Source: Chloroflexota bacterium | GTDB lineage: Bacteria; Chloroflexota; Limnocylindria; Limnocylindrales; CSP1-4 | NCBI GenBank assembly: GCA_037446495.1 | Contig: JBBIIL010000004.1 | Location: 75,916-139,915, forward strand | Reading direction: 5' to 3' | Length of the DNA stretch: 64,000 bases | Shown here: positions 1 to 9,146 of the stretch, piece after piece | Layout: each line of letters begins with the position of its first letter | Position numbering within the stretch: the stretch's first letter is position 1 | Translations under genes and position numbers: made by a program | Notes under the pieces: generated by a model | The model's database searches: none | What the model saw: the letters and a program-made list of their open reading frames with translations, nothing else | Told to the model about the DNA's origin: nothing

Positions 1-1115
1 TCGAGCAGCTGCGAGCCCTCCAGAAGCAGGCACCCGAGATCATCGAGGCGCTGCCGGCCCAGGCCGATGCCCTGGCGGCTCGGGTCACGGCGGCGGGCCG
101 GACGATGGCGCACCTGCAGACCTACGCCGATCCCGACTGGCAGGCCGTGGCGCCCAACCTCGACGAGGCCGACAAGCGCGTCGCTGCCCTCCGCGCGGCG
201 ATCGACGCCGGGCGAGCTGCGGTGACGGCCGGCGAGTCGCCCAAGGCCGCGGCGGCGGCCCAGGCGGGCCAGGACGCCCTCGCCCAGGGCTCGCGGTTCA
301 TCGACGCGCTCGACGGGCTCGCCCAGCAGCTCGACGCGGCGGCCGGCGCCGTCGCGGCGCAGCTCGCGGCCGCGGAGCAGGACATCACCCGAGCCAAGGC
401 CGCTGACGGCGCGGACCCGGCGGCGGCGGCGCACGTGGCCCAAGCGGACCAACTCCTCGCCGAGGCCCGCGCCGCCCTCAACCCGCCCAAGCCCGACGTC
501 ACCGCGGCTCTGGCCAAGGCGCGCCAGGCCGAGCAGGCTGCCGAGGACGTGCTCGCCCAGATCCGGTCGGCGCACGAGGCGGCGGCGATGGCGGCGGCGC
601 AGCTCGACGCGTCAATCAGCGCCGCTCAGGCCGCCGTCGGGCGCGCATCGGGGCTGATCTCCACGCGCCGGGCCGGCGTCGGGACCGAGGCGCGGACCCG
701 ACTGGCCGAGGCGCAGCGACACCTCGACCAGGCTGTGTCCATCGCGGCAACCGACGGCGGCGCCGCCCGGACGGAGGCCGACACTGCTGGCCGTCTCGCG
801 GCCGAGGCCGAGTCGCTCGCCCAGCGCGACTACGACCACTGGGACGACCCGTGGCGAGGCGGCGGCGGGAGCGGAGGCGGCCGCGGGGGCGGGAACGCCA
901 ACGCCGATCTCGCAGGGGCCATCATCGGGGGCATCATCGGGGGCATGCTCAGCGGGGGCGGCCGACGTGGCGGCGGTCCCTTCGGGGGCGGCGGGTTCGG
1001 TGGGTTCGGCGGCGGCTGGGGCGGCGGCGGGGGCTTTGGCGGCGGGTTCGGGGGCTCCTCAGGTGGCGGCGGGTTTGGCGGCGGGGGCGGATCCTCGGGC
1101 AGCGGCCGCTGGTGA
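1..1115 (+). CDS. Ala-rich coiled-coil protein with Gly/Phe-rich C-terminal tail (5' partial)
   Basis: The frame of ORF 105..1115 stays open back to position 3 (EQLRALQKQAPEII...), so the start lies upstream of the window. The body is Ala/Gln-rich and helical. It ends in DYDHWDDPW plus a ~90-aa GGGFGGG-type tail. Confidence 0.6.
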   Translation, partial: EQLRALQKQAPEIIEALPAQADALAARVTAAGRTMAHLQTYADPDWQAVAPNLDEADKRVAALRAAIDAGRAAVTAGESPKAAAAAQAGQDALAQGSRFIDALDGLAQQLDAAAGAVAAQLAAAEQDITRAKAADGADPAAAAHVAQADQLLAEARAALNPPKPDVTAALAKARQAEQAAEDVLAQIRSAHEAAAMAAAQLDASISAAQAAVGRASGLISTRRAGVGTEARTRLAEAQRHLDQAVSIAATDGGAARTEADTAGRLAAEAESLAQRDYDHWDDPWRGGGGSGGGRGGGNANADLAGAIIGGIIGGMLSGGGRRGGGPFGGGGFGGFGGGWGGGGGFGGGFGGSSGGGGFGGGGGSSGSGRW

Positions 1116-1286
1116 ACGGAGTCGCACGCCACGCCCGCACGGCCACGACGCCGCCCGCCGGGGTCGCGCCGGACCGGTCGGGGCGCGTACGATGAACGGC
1201 ATCCGGGGGCGCCGCGGCCCCACGCATCCCACCTGATGGACTGACGCGGCACCGAGTTGGTGCCGCCAACAGCTGGAGGGGCAGTC

Positions 1287-2006
1287 ATGGCCCAGTCATC
1301 GATCCTCGGACGCATCGGCCAACTGGTGCGGGCGAACGTCAACGCGCTGATCGACGGCGCGGAAGACCCCCAGAAGATGCTCGACCAGCTGGTCCGGGAT
1401 TTCACGGACAACATCCGCGAGGCGGAGGAGGCGGTCGCCCAGACGATCGGCAACCTCCGGCTGCTGGAGGACGACGCGAAGGAGGCGTCCGACGCAGCCG
1501 CCGAGTGGGGATCCAAGGCGGCTGCCGCATCGAAGCGGGCCGACGAGCTGCGGGCCGCTGGCAACCCCGCCGATGCCGACAAGTTCGACAACCTCGCCCG
1601 CATCGCGCTCAAGCGCCAGATCTCGTACGAGGACCAAGTCAAGACCTTCACGCCGCAGATCGAGCAGCAGACCGCGCTGGTCGACCAGCTCAAGACCGGC
1701 CTCAACCAGATGCGCGCCAAGCGCGAGGAACTCGTCCAGAAGCGCGACGAGCTGATCAGCCGCGCCAAGATGGCCCACGCTCAGGTCCAGGTCCAGCAGT
1801 CGCTCAAGAGCGTGAACGTGATGGACCCCACCAGCGAGGTCGCGCGCTTCGAGGACAAGATCCGTCACGAGGAGGCGCTGGCAAAGGGCATGTCCGAGGT
1901 GGCAGCGAGCTCACTCGACGCGCAGTTCGCCGACCTCGAGGACCAGGGGAGCAGCGCCGAGGTCGACGCGCGGCTGGCCGCGCTCAAGACCGGCGGCCCG
2001 TCCTAG
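1287..2006 (+). CDS. pspA: PspA/IM30 family protein (phage shock protein A-like)
   Basis: MAQSSILGRIGQLVRANVNALIDGAEDPQKMLDQLVRDF... is a typical PspA/IM30 N-terminus followed by coiled coil. The internal ATG at 1287 has a GGAGGGG RBS 6 nt upstream. Confidence 0.85.
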   Translation: MAQSSILGRIGQLVRANVNALIDGAEDPQKMLDQLVRDFTDNIREAEEAVAQTIGNLRLLEDDAKEASDAAAEWGSKAAAASKRADELRAAGNPADADKFDNLARIALKRQISYEDQVKTFTPQIEQQTALVDQLKTGLNQMRAKREELVQKRDELISRAKMAHAQVQVQQSLKSVNVMDPTSEVARFEDKIRHEEALAKGMSEVAASSLDAQFADLEDQGSSAEVDARLAALKTGGPS

Positions 2007-2024
2007 CCCCTCGTCGCGTTCGGG

Positions 2025-2052
2025 CTGCGCGCCCCTCCCTCGGGGCGCGCAG
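2025..2052. terminator. GC-rich hairpin between convergent pspA and VOC genes
   Basis: CTGCGCGCCCC-tccctc-GGGGCGCGCAG forms a perfect 11-bp stem in the 57-bp convergent gap. The U-tract is weak. Confidence 0.45.
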
Positions 2053-2063
2053 GATCTTCAGGG

Positions 2064-2594
2064 CTATCCCGCGGCGGCGCGCTCCAGCTCTGCCACGTCG
2101 ATCTTCTTCATCTTGAGCATTGCCTCCATGGCACGGCTAGCCCGACCCGGGTCGGGGTCGCCCAGATAGCGGCCGAGCGCCCCCGGAACCACCTGCCACG
2201 ACACGCCGAAGCGGTCCTTGCACCAGCCGCACTGCTGGGCAGCGGGATCGCCACCCTCGGTCAGCCGGTCCCAGAGGGCATCGACCTCCTCCTGCGTCTC
2301 GCAGGTCACCATGAACGACACCGCCTCGCTGAAGGAGAACTGGGGGCCGCCGTTGAGTCCGATGAACGGCTGCCCGGCGAGGCGGAAGTTGACGATCATC
2401 GCCGAGCCCGGCTCGCGGCCGTGGACTTCTCGGCCGACCTCGGTGTAGCGCGAGACGTCGTCGATGTCGCTGTCCTCGAACAGCGAGACGTAGAACTCGG
2501 CGGCCTGTTCGGCTTGGCCGTCGAACCACAGGTAGGGCGTGATCGGCCCCGCGGGTCGGATTCGAGCCGCCATGAGGGTCGCCTCCGGCGTCAT
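2064..2594 (-). CDS. VOC/glyoxalase-superfamily protein (PhnB / 3-demethylubiquinone methyltransferase-like domain)
   Basis: It has PYLWFDGQAEQAAEFYVSLF...MIVNFRLAGQPFIGLNGGP...FSFSEAVSFMV...EVDALWDRL...QCGWCKDRFGVSWQV. Its ATG overlaps the upstream stop (ATGA). Confidence 0.8.
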   Translation of the reverse strand: MTPEATLMAARIRPAGPITPYLWFDGQAEQAAEFYVSLFEDSDIDDVSRYTEVGREVHGREPGSAMIVNFRLAGQPFIGLNGGPQFSFSEAVSFMVTCETQEEVDALWDRLTEGGDPAAQQCGWCKDRFGVSWQVVPGALGRYLGDPDPGRASRAMEAMLKMKKIDVAELERAAAG

Positions 2595-3082
2595 CGCGCA
2601 GCCGCCAGCTCGCTGGCCAGCAGCTCGTCGAGCTTGTCGAATCCGTCGTCCATGCCCTCGCTCATGCCCGCCTCAATCATCGCGTCGCGAGCCTCGACCG
2701 TCTGGTGGACCGTACGCAGCTTCGCGATCGTCTTGCCGCCCGCCTCCACCAGCCGCACCTCGTCCAGCGACACGAAGCCGGGCGCGCCCTCGTACTCGAA
2801 GGTCTGGAGCAGCGTGTACGGATCGGCGGTGGTGCGGTGGAACGAGCCGTGGAACGCATGCTCGACCCCGTCCTCGCCGGAGTGGATGTACCGGTACGAG
2901 CCGCCCCGCGCGTCGAGATTCCAATAGTCGATCCGCATCTGGAGCCGGCGCGGGCCCAGCCAGCGGACGATCAGCCCGGGGTCGGTCCAGGCGCGGTAGA
3001 CGAGGTCGCGGGGAGCGTCGAACTCCCGCTCGACCTCGGCGAACGGCATGCCGGGCGGGGCGGTGACGCGGGTGGTGGCCAT
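2591..3082 (-). CDS. SRPBCC superfamily protein (Aha1/START-like)
   Basis: FDAPRDLVYRAWTDPGLIVRWLGP... is an Aha1-like SRPBCC signature. It sits in an operon with ArsR upstream. Confidence 0.8.
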   Translation of the reverse strand: MATTRVTAPPGMPFAEVEREFDAPRDLVYRAWTDPGLIVRWLGPRRLQMRIDYWNLDARGGSYRYIHSGEDGVEHAFHGSFHRTTADPYTLLQTFEYEGAPGFVSLDEVRLVEAGGKTIAKLRTVHQTVEARDAMIEAGMSEGMDDGFDKLDELLASELAAAR

Positions 3083-3117
3083 GGTCGTGGAACCTCCTGA
3101 CGAAGATCGGGACGTGG

Positions 3118-3474
3118 TCAGGGCTGTCGTTGGAGTTCGTCGAGGACCTCGTCGAGGCGCTCGAAGCGCTCCTCCCAGGCGGCCCGGTAGCGCTCGAGCC
3201 AGTCATTGGCCCCGTGCAGCGCCGCGGGCTCCAGGCGGCTGATGTTGGCGGTCCCCCGTCGGCGCCGGGACACGAGCCCCGCCCTCTCGAGGACCTTGAG
3301 GTGCTTGGAGATCGCCGGCTGGGACATCGAGAACGGGGCGCCAAGGTCGCCCACCGTGGCCTCGCCCAGTGCGAGGCGCTCCAGAATCGCCCGACGCGTC
3401 GGATCCGCCAGGGCGCCGAAGATGGCGCTCAGGTGATCCGCGGTCGGTTGGTTGATAACCCATTGGTTATGCAT
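3118..3474 (-). CDS. ArsR/SmtB family transcriptional regulator
   Basis: ALADPTRRAILERLALGEATVGDLGAPFSMSQPAISKHLKVLERAGLV is a winged-HTH signature. I chose the start at the internal Met (MHNQW...). The ORF could extend to 3561. Confidence 0.8.
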   Translation of the reverse strand: MHNQWVINQPTADHLSAIFGALADPTRRAILERLALGEATVGDLGAPFSMSQPAISKHLKVLERAGLVSRRRRGTANISRLEPAALHGANDWLERYRAAWEERFERLDEVLDELQRQP

Positions 3475-3619
3475 TGGTGCATTGAACGACGCCGGGCGCG
3501 AGTTGTCAAGCGCCCGGGTGCGACCGCAAGCCGCCTCGCACGAGCCATCCTCGTGCTTCACCCGCCGCCACCAGCTACGGACGGCCGTCGTGCTCCGCGG
3601 TGGACGCCATGCGCCGCGC

Positions 3620-3934
3620 TCAGCCCGCCTTGGGCGGACGGCCGCGACGCATGCCCGGCAGCGGGCCGGTCGAGGCGTAGATGGTCCGACCCCGGATCGC
3701 GATGTTGACGTCCGGACGGTGGCTGGCGATGACCCGCTTCATTGCAAGGCGGAAGGTGGGCACCTTGTCGGCAGGTTCGAGCTCGATGGCGATGATGTCC
3801 TCGTCCGACTTGAGGCGCGCGAACGCCTTGCGGATTTCGTCCTCGCGCTGCAGGGCGGCCAGCTGACGCGGGCTCAGCGCGCGCTCGCGCGGCTTGGGCG
3901 CGAGCTCCTCCAACTTCGCGGCTCGGATGCGCAT
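3620..3934 (-). CDS. hypothetical small protein (104 aa)
   Basis: Only the C-terminal part of ORF 3620..4741 looks protein-like (MRIRAAKLEELAPKPRERALSPRQLAALQREDEIRKAF...). The rest of that ORF is antisense to the RDD gene. Confidence 0.45.
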   Translation of the reverse strand: MRIRAAKLEELAPKPRERALSPRQLAALQREDEIRKAFARLKSDEDIIAIELEPADKVPTFRLAMKRVIASHRPDVNIAIRGRTIYASTGPLPGMRRGRPPKAG

Positions 3935-4123
3935 GGTCCTCGACTCGTGCGGTTGTGGACGGTTTCGTCGGACCGCATGATGACATGCCCGGCACGGCGG
4001 TTGGCACCGCCACACGCGGGCCGGTCCTGTTGCGTCTGCGACGAACGTCGGGCTCCCTCTCGGCATCGCGGCGTCGTATGCTTCAAGGGATTCGGCGCAT
4101 GGCGCCGTTGAGGGAGGTACACG

Positions 4124-4726
4124 ATGACGGACCCGGCCGGGGGCGCACCCACTCCCCCTCCGCCTTCGGGCAACTGGCAGGCACCACCGCCGCCCTCGGG
4201 GGGGTTCAACCCCAACTTCCAGCAGGCACCCCGGGAGGCAGGTCCTGCGCCGGGCATCACCTACGCGGACACCGTGACCCGCGTCATCGCGCTCATCATC
4301 GACGCGATCATCCTCGGTGTCATCGGCTGGATCGTCGGCTTCATCTTCTTGGCGATCAGCGCCGCGACCGGTGGCCTGGGGCTCATCTTCCTGCTCTTCG
4401 GCGGGCTGGTCAACGCCGTGATCAGCGCCGTGTACTTCGTCTACGGCTGGACGAAGATGCGTGCGTCGTTCGGCCAGAAATTCCTCAACATCGAGACGGT
4501 CGGCGCGGCTGACGGCGCGACGCTCGTCCAGAACCAGGCGATCCGTCGCTGGGCGTTCCTCTTCGGGCCGCAGGCAATCGTCGGAATCATCCCGATCCTG
4601 GGGATCTTCGCCTGGCCGCTCGAGGTCCTGTACGGCCTCTACCTCCTCTACACCGTGACCCAGAGCCCCAAGGGCCAGGGCTTCCACGACCTCCAGGCCG
4701 GCACCGTCGTCATCAAGCACGGCTAG
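4124..4726 (+). CDS. RDD family membrane protein with Pro-rich N-terminus
   Basis: It has a GAGGGAGG RBS and a PPPPSG-rich N-terminus. This is followed by RVIALIIDAIILGVIGWIV..., three TM segments and a QGFHDLQAGTVV tail typical of RDD proteins. Confidence 0.8.
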   Translation: MTDPAGGAPTPPPPSGNWQAPPPPSGGFNPNFQQAPREAGPAPGITYADTVTRVIALIIDAIILGVIGWIVGFIFLAISAATGGLGLIFLLFGGLVNAVISAVYFVYGWTKMRASFGQKFLNIETVGAADGATLVQNQAIRRWAFLFGPQAIVGIIPILGIFAWPLEVLYGLYLLYTVTQSPKGQGFHDLQAGTVVIKHG

Positions 4727-4745
4727 CCGCTCCCCCGCCATCGCA

Positions 4746-4783
4746 ACACCGAACGGGGCCGGCCTGCCGGCCCCGTTCGGTGT
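4746..4783. terminator. Perfect 17-bp-stem hairpin between convergent RDD and vapC genes
   Basis: ACACCGAACGGGGCCGG-cctg-CCGGCCCCGTTCGGTGT, followed by CTGTC. Confidence 0.5.
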
Positions 4784-4794
4784 CTGTCGGTCGC

Positions 4795-5208
4795 CTAGGG
4801 CTCGAAGTCGAGGCTCTTCACGTGCCGCGGCCGCAGGACGGCAAGCGGCCGCCGGTCGAAGGCCGCCACCCGGCGGACGCCCAGCCGTTCGGCCGTGGCC
4901 ACCACCAGGGCGTCCGCGAGGCGCGGCCGGTGCTCCGCGGCCTCGGCCATGAGCTCCTCGGCGCGCCGCAGGTCATCGAGCGTGGGCGCCACCAGGCGGA
5001 TCGACCCGGCGATCAGGCTGTCGAGCACCGCTCGGCTGGCCGCCTCACCCAGCTCGCGCTGGAGCAGCACGTCGAGCTCCGCAAGCGACAGCGCGCCCAG
5101 CAGCAGCGGCTCGTCCACGCGCTCGAACCACGCGACGGCTGCCCGGTGGTTGAGGTCCGCGGCGTCCGCCGCGGCGAGCACCGCCGACGGGTCCAGGAGC
5201 ACCGCCAT
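4795..5208 (-). CDS. vapC: PIN-domain toxin (VapC family)
   Basis: It is 137 aa. LLDPSAVLAAAD...ALVVATAERLG...AFD is a PIN-like acidic pattern. It directly abuts the upstream antitoxin ORF. Confidence 0.75.
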   Translation of the reverse strand: MAVLLDPSAVLAAADAADLNHRAAVAWFERVDEPLLLGALSLAELDVLLQRELGEAASRAVLDSLIAGSIRLVAPTLDDLRRAEELMAEAAEHRPRLADALVVATAERLGVRRVAAFDRRPLAVLRPRHVKSLDFEP

Positions 5209-5457
5209 CTATCCGTTCCCCTGCCGCCGGCCGGCCTCGCGCCGCACGATCGCGCGTCCGTCGACCGACAGGCGCCCGTGGCTGCTCCGGCCGATGCCCA
5301 GGAAGGGGAACTCGGGTGTCGCCTCATGCGAGTCCAGCCACGCCTCGAGCGCCGCCGCGATGACGGCGGTCTTCGTCGTGCGCTGGCGGTGCACGTGCCG
5401 GTCGAGCCGGTCGAGCAGGTCGGCGTCGAGCAGGATCGTGGTCCTGATGGTCTTCAT
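5209..5457 (-). CDS. vapB: Ribbon-helix-helix antitoxin (VapB/CopG-like)
   Basis: MKTIRTTILLDADLLDRLDRHVHRQRTTKTAVIAAALEAWL is an RHH motif. Its stop is adjacent to the vapC start. Confidence 0.7.
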   Translation of the reverse strand: MKTIRTTILLDADLLDRLDRHVHRQRTTKTAVIAAALEAWLDSHEATPEFPFLGIGRSSHGRLSVDGRAIVRREAGRRQGNG

Positions 5458-5545
5458 ATGACGACATATCTACCACGGTGGACGACTCCGCGCCACGTCG
5501 GGCACTATGCGGCCCACGTTCTGTGACCCTTGGAGACCACCACCG

Positions 5546-6703
5546 ATGACCCGCTTCGAGCCCAACCTGCGCATCCCCGGGCCCACCGCCCTGCCACCGA
5601 CCGTCCGAGAGGCCGGCGGGCGGCAGATGGTCAACCACCGCGGCGACGAGTTCAAGGCGCTGACCAAGCACGTCGAGGCGTCGATGAAGCCGTTCTTCGG
5701 GACGGAGCACGACGTGATCCTGCTCACCTGCGCGGGAACCGGCGGCCTCGAGGCGGCCGTGGTCAACACGCTCTCCCCCGGCGACCCGATCCTCGCCGTG
5801 ACCATGGGCGCATTCGGCGACCGCTTCGCCAAGGTGGCCGAGGTGTACGGCGCCGCCGTGACGCGGCTGGAGGTCGAGTGGGGCAGGGCGCCCGAGCCTG
5901 CGGCGGTCAGCGAGGCCGCGGCCGCGATCGCCGGGCTCAAGGCCGTCCTGCTCACCCACAACGAGACGTCCACGGGCGTCACCAGCGACATCGCCGCCCT
6001 GGCGGCAGCGGTGCGCCGAGCCGCCCCCGATGCGCTGGTGCTGGTGGACGGGATCTCCGCGCTGGGCGCCGTGCCGTTCGAGATGGACCTGTGGGGCTGC
6101 GACCTCGTTGTCACCGGCTCCCAGAAGGCCTGGATGTCCGCGCCCGGCATGGCGTTCGCCGCGGTGGGGCCGCGCGCCTGGGCGGCAGCGGAGACCGCGA
6201 AGATGCCGCGCTTCTATCTCGACCTGCGGCGCCACCGCGATTCGCAGGTGAACGGCGAAAGCCCGTGGACCCCGGCCGTCGCGGTGATGTTCCAGGTGGA
6301 CGAGGGCATCCGCCTGATGCAGGCCGAGGGCGATGGCGTCTACGCCCGCCACGCCGCCTGCGCGGCCGCCACCCGTGCCGGCCTCCGGGCCCTGGGCTTC
6401 GCGCTCCTCGCCGACGACGCCGTGGCATCGCGAACGGTCACCGCCGCCTGGATCCCTGAGGGACTTGACTGGAAGGCGTTCAACGGGGGCCTCAAGCGGC
6501 GGGGCCTCATCGTGGCTGGCGGCCAGGGCAAGCTCAAGGGGAGGATCTTCCGGCTCGGGCATCTGGGCTCGGTCACCACCGACGACATCATCGGCGCGAT
6601 CAGCGCCATCGAGGCCCAGGCGATCGAGGCGGGGCTGCCCGTCGCACCCGGCGTGGGCGTCGCCGCCGCACAGGCGGCGCTCGTCGCCGCGGAGGCCAAC
6701 TGA
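5546..6703 (+). CDS. Class V PLP aminotransferase (serine-glyoxylate / phosphoserine aminotransferase-like)
   Basis: It has NHRGDEFKAL..., THNETSTGV, and DLVVTGSQKAWMSAPG with the PLP lysine. Its stop overlaps the serA ATG (TGATG). Confidence 0.85.
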   Translation: MTRFEPNLRIPGPTALPPTVREAGGRQMVNHRGDEFKALTKHVEASMKPFFGTEHDVILLTCAGTGGLEAAVVNTLSPGDPILAVTMGAFGDRFAKVAEVYGAAVTRLEVEWGRAPEPAAVSEAAAAIAGLKAVLLTHNETSTGVTSDIAALAAAVRRAAPDALVLVDGISALGAVPFEMDLWGCDLVVTGSQKAWMSAPGMAFAAVGPRAWAAAETAKMPRFYLDLRRHRDSQVNGESPWTPAVAVMFQVDEGIRLMQAEGDGVYARHAACAAATRAGLRALGFALLADDAVASRTVTAAWIPEGLDWKAFNGGLKRRGLIVAGGQGKLKGRIFRLGHLGSVTTDDIIGAISAIEAQAIEAGLPVAPGVGVAAAQAALVAAEAN

Positions 6704-8286
6704 TGAAGGTCCTCGTCGTGGAGCCCCTCGCCGCAGAGGGCCTCGAGCTGCTGCAGCTGCACCATGAGGTGGACGAGAAGCTCGGCCTCCCGCGCGAGGA
6801 GATCCTCGCGATCCTGCCCCAGTACGACGCGCTCGTCGTCCGGAGCCAGGTCAAGGCGGACGCCGAGATGATCGCTGCCGGGACGCGCCTGGTGGTGATC
6901 GGGCGCGCCGGCGTGGGCGTGGACAACGTCGACCTCGAGGCGGCCACCCGCGCGGGGATCACCGTCGTCAACGCCCCGACCGGCAACACCATCGCGGCCG
7001 CAGAACTCACGATCGCGCTGCTCTTCGGGCTCGCCCGCAAGATCGCAGCCGCCGATGCGTCGATGCGCCGCGGGGAGTGGAAGCGCTCGCGCTACACGGG
7101 GATCGAGCTGCGGGGCAAGACGCTGGGCATCGTGGGCCTGGGCAAGATCGGCCAGGCCATCGCGGTCCGCGCCCGCGGGCTGCAGATGACCGTCATCGCC
7201 TCCGACCCGTTCGTGACGCACGAGCAGGCGGCGACCCTTGGCGTCGAGCTCGTGACCTTCGAGGACGTCGTGACCCGTTCCGACGCGATCACGGTGCACG
7301 TGCCCAAGACCAAGTCCACCACCGGGTTGATCAACGCTGCCGTCATCGAGCGCATGAAGCCGGGCGTGCTCCTGCTCAACGTCGCCCGCGGCGGGGTGAT
7401 CGACGAGGCGGACCTCGCGGCGGCTCTGCGCAGCGGACGGGTCTCGGGCGCCGGCATCGACGTCTACACGGCCGAGCCGCCCACCGGGAACCCGCTCCTC
7501 GAGGCGCCGAACACGCTGCTCACGCCGCACCTCGGCGCCTCGACCGAGGAGGCGCAGGTGGCCGTCGCCGAGGAGGTTGCCCAGCAGATCCTCGAGGTGC
7601 TGGACGGGCGCCCGGCGCGGTACGCGGTCAACGCGCCGCTGCTGACGCCCGAGACGGCCCAGGCGATCGCGCCGTACCTGCCGCTGGCCGAGACGCTGGG
7701 CCAGCTCGCGGCGCAGATGCTGCCCGTGGCGCCGCGCACGCTCACGATCGAGATCGCGGGCGAGCCGGCGGCATACGACGCGTCCCCGCTGGTTGCGGCC
7801 GTCCTCCGCGGACTGCTCGAGGCCACCACCGAGGAGCGCGTCAACCTGGTCAACGCCGGGATGCTCGCGAGGGCCCGCGGCATCACGGTGGTGGAGCGCA
7901 AGACGCGCGACGCTGGGGCATTCGCCTCGCTGCTCACGCTGACCGCCGAGGCGGACGGCGGGGCCATCACCGTGGCCGGCACGGTGGCGCGAGGCGAGCC
8001 GCGCCTGGTGCGCCTCGGCGAGCATGCGATGGACCTTGCACCGGCCGACCACATGCTCATCACCAAGCACCGCGACCGGCCCGGGACCGTCGGGCGAGTT
8101 GGGGTGATGCTCGGCGAGGCGGACGTGAACATCAGCTCCATGACGCTCGCCCGTTCGGCCCCCAGGGCTGACGCGTTCATGGTGCTGGCCCTCGACGACG
8201 CCCTGCCGGCAGCCGTGGTCGCGGCGATCCGCGCCGACGTCGCGGTGATCGACGTGTGGTCCGTCACGCTCGGCGCCCGCCGGTGA
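6703..8286 (+). CDS. serA: D-3-phosphoglycerate dehydrogenase (long form with ASB/ACT domains)
   Basis: MKVLVVEPL..., the GLGKIGQAIA NAD-binding motif, LLNVARGG, and a C-terminal ACT-like segment. Length is 527 aa. Confidence 0.95.
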   Translation: MKVLVVEPLAAEGLELLQLHHEVDEKLGLPREEILAILPQYDALVVRSQVKADAEMIAAGTRLVVIGRAGVGVDNVDLEAATRAGITVVNAPTGNTIAAAELTIALLFGLARKIAAADASMRRGEWKRSRYTGIELRGKTLGIVGLGKIGQAIAVRARGLQMTVIASDPFVTHEQAATLGVELVTFEDVVTRSDAITVHVPKTKSTTGLINAAVIERMKPGVLLLNVARGGVIDEADLAAALRSGRVSGAGIDVYTAEPPTGNPLLEAPNTLLTPHLGASTEEAQVAVAEEVAQQILEVLDGRPARYAVNAPLLTPETAQAIAPYLPLAETLGQLAAQMLPVAPRTLTIEIAGEPAAYDASPLVAAVLRGLLEATTEERVNLVNAGMLARARGITVVERKTRDAGAFASLLTLTAEADGGAITVAGTVARGEPRLVRLGEHAMDLAPADHMLITKHRDRPGTVGRVGVMLGEADVNISSMTLARSAPRADAFMVLALDDALPAAVVAAIRADVAVIDVWSVTLGARR

Positions 8287-9140
8287 CCGACGCCGTGCCG
8301 GTCACGGGCCGTCGGGACGGCGCGCCGCTGATCCCCGACGGCCTCGACGCGACGGTCGTCCTGCTCCGGCACGGCGAGAGTGAGTGGATCCGCGAGGGGC
8401 GCTTCCAGGGCGCCGCAGAGTCGCCGCTGTCCGCCCTCGGGCGTCGGCAGGCGACCCTTGTCGGCGAACGGCTCGCGCGCCGCCACGCGGCGCCGTCACT
8501 GCCCGTGCCGGGCGGCTCGCCGCGCGAGATCGTCCACTCGCCCCTGGGCAGGACGACGGAGACGGCGCAGGCCGTCAGGTCGGCGCTGGCAGATCTCGGC
8601 GACGGCGCTCCCCTGCCCTCGCTGCGCCCGGAGCCCGGCATCCTCGAGATCGGCCAGGGCGCGTGGGAGGGCGTCGCCGGCGACGAGATCCAACGGCGCT
8701 GGCCCGAGCAGATCGCGGGCTGGCGCCGCGATCCGCTCACCATGCAGGCCCCTGGCGGGGAGACCCTCATGCAGGTGGACGCCCGCGTGCGGCCTGCCCT
8801 GGCGCGCGTCCTCGACGAGCTGGGCCGCGACTACCCGCGCGGCACGAGCAACCGTCCCCAAGTGCACGGCTACCACGGCGTCGGGCAGGCGGACGGCCAG
8901 CCGTGGTCCATTCTCGTGGGCCATGACGGGGTCTTCAAGGTGGTCCTGCTCGCGCTGTTCGACCTGCCGCTGGCCAAGTTCTGGTCGTTCTCGATGGGCC
9001 TCACGGGGATCACGGTCGTGGAGATCAGCGGCGGGAGGCCAATCCTGCGCGCCCACAACTGGACCGCCCACCTCGCGCCCGTCGAGGACGAGGTGGCCCG
9101 TCAGGCCAGCGAGCGCCGGGCGGAGTCGGGCGCGCTGTAG
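8283..9140 (+). CDS. Histidine phosphatase family protein (phosphoglycerate mutase-like)
   Basis: LLRHGESEWIREGRFQG...SPLSALGRRQA is the RHG catalytic motif. GTG 8283 overlaps the serA TGA. An alternative GTG lies at 8256. Confidence 0.85.
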   Translation: MTDAVPVTGRRDGAPLIPDGLDATVVLLRHGESEWIREGRFQGAAESPLSALGRRQATLVGERLARRHAAPSLPVPGGSPREIVHSPLGRTTETAQAVRSALADLGDGAPLPSLRPEPGILEIGQGAWEGVAGDEIQRRWPEQIAGWRRDPLTMQAPGGETLMQVDARVRPALARVLDELGRDYPRGTSNRPQVHGYHGVGQADGQPWSILVGHDGVFKVVLLALFDLPLAKFWSFSMGLTGITVVEISGGRPILRAHNWTAHLAPVEDEVARQASERRAESGAL

Positions 9141-9146
9141 CACTCG

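Noticed and set aside
830-1768. 312-aa Pro-rich ORF on the minus strand overlapping the Gly-rich tail gene and pspA
   Set aside because: It is the antisense reading of a GGC/GGG-rich coding region, which gives poly-Pro. It is a typical high-GC shadow ORF, and the sense genes have clear family signatures.
3935-4741. N-terminal 270 aa of the 373-aa minus-strand ORF 3620..4741
   Set aside because: It is antisense to the well-supported RDD gene and has Arg/Asp/Glu-rich nonsense-like composition. Only the last 104 codons (3620..3934) look like a gene.
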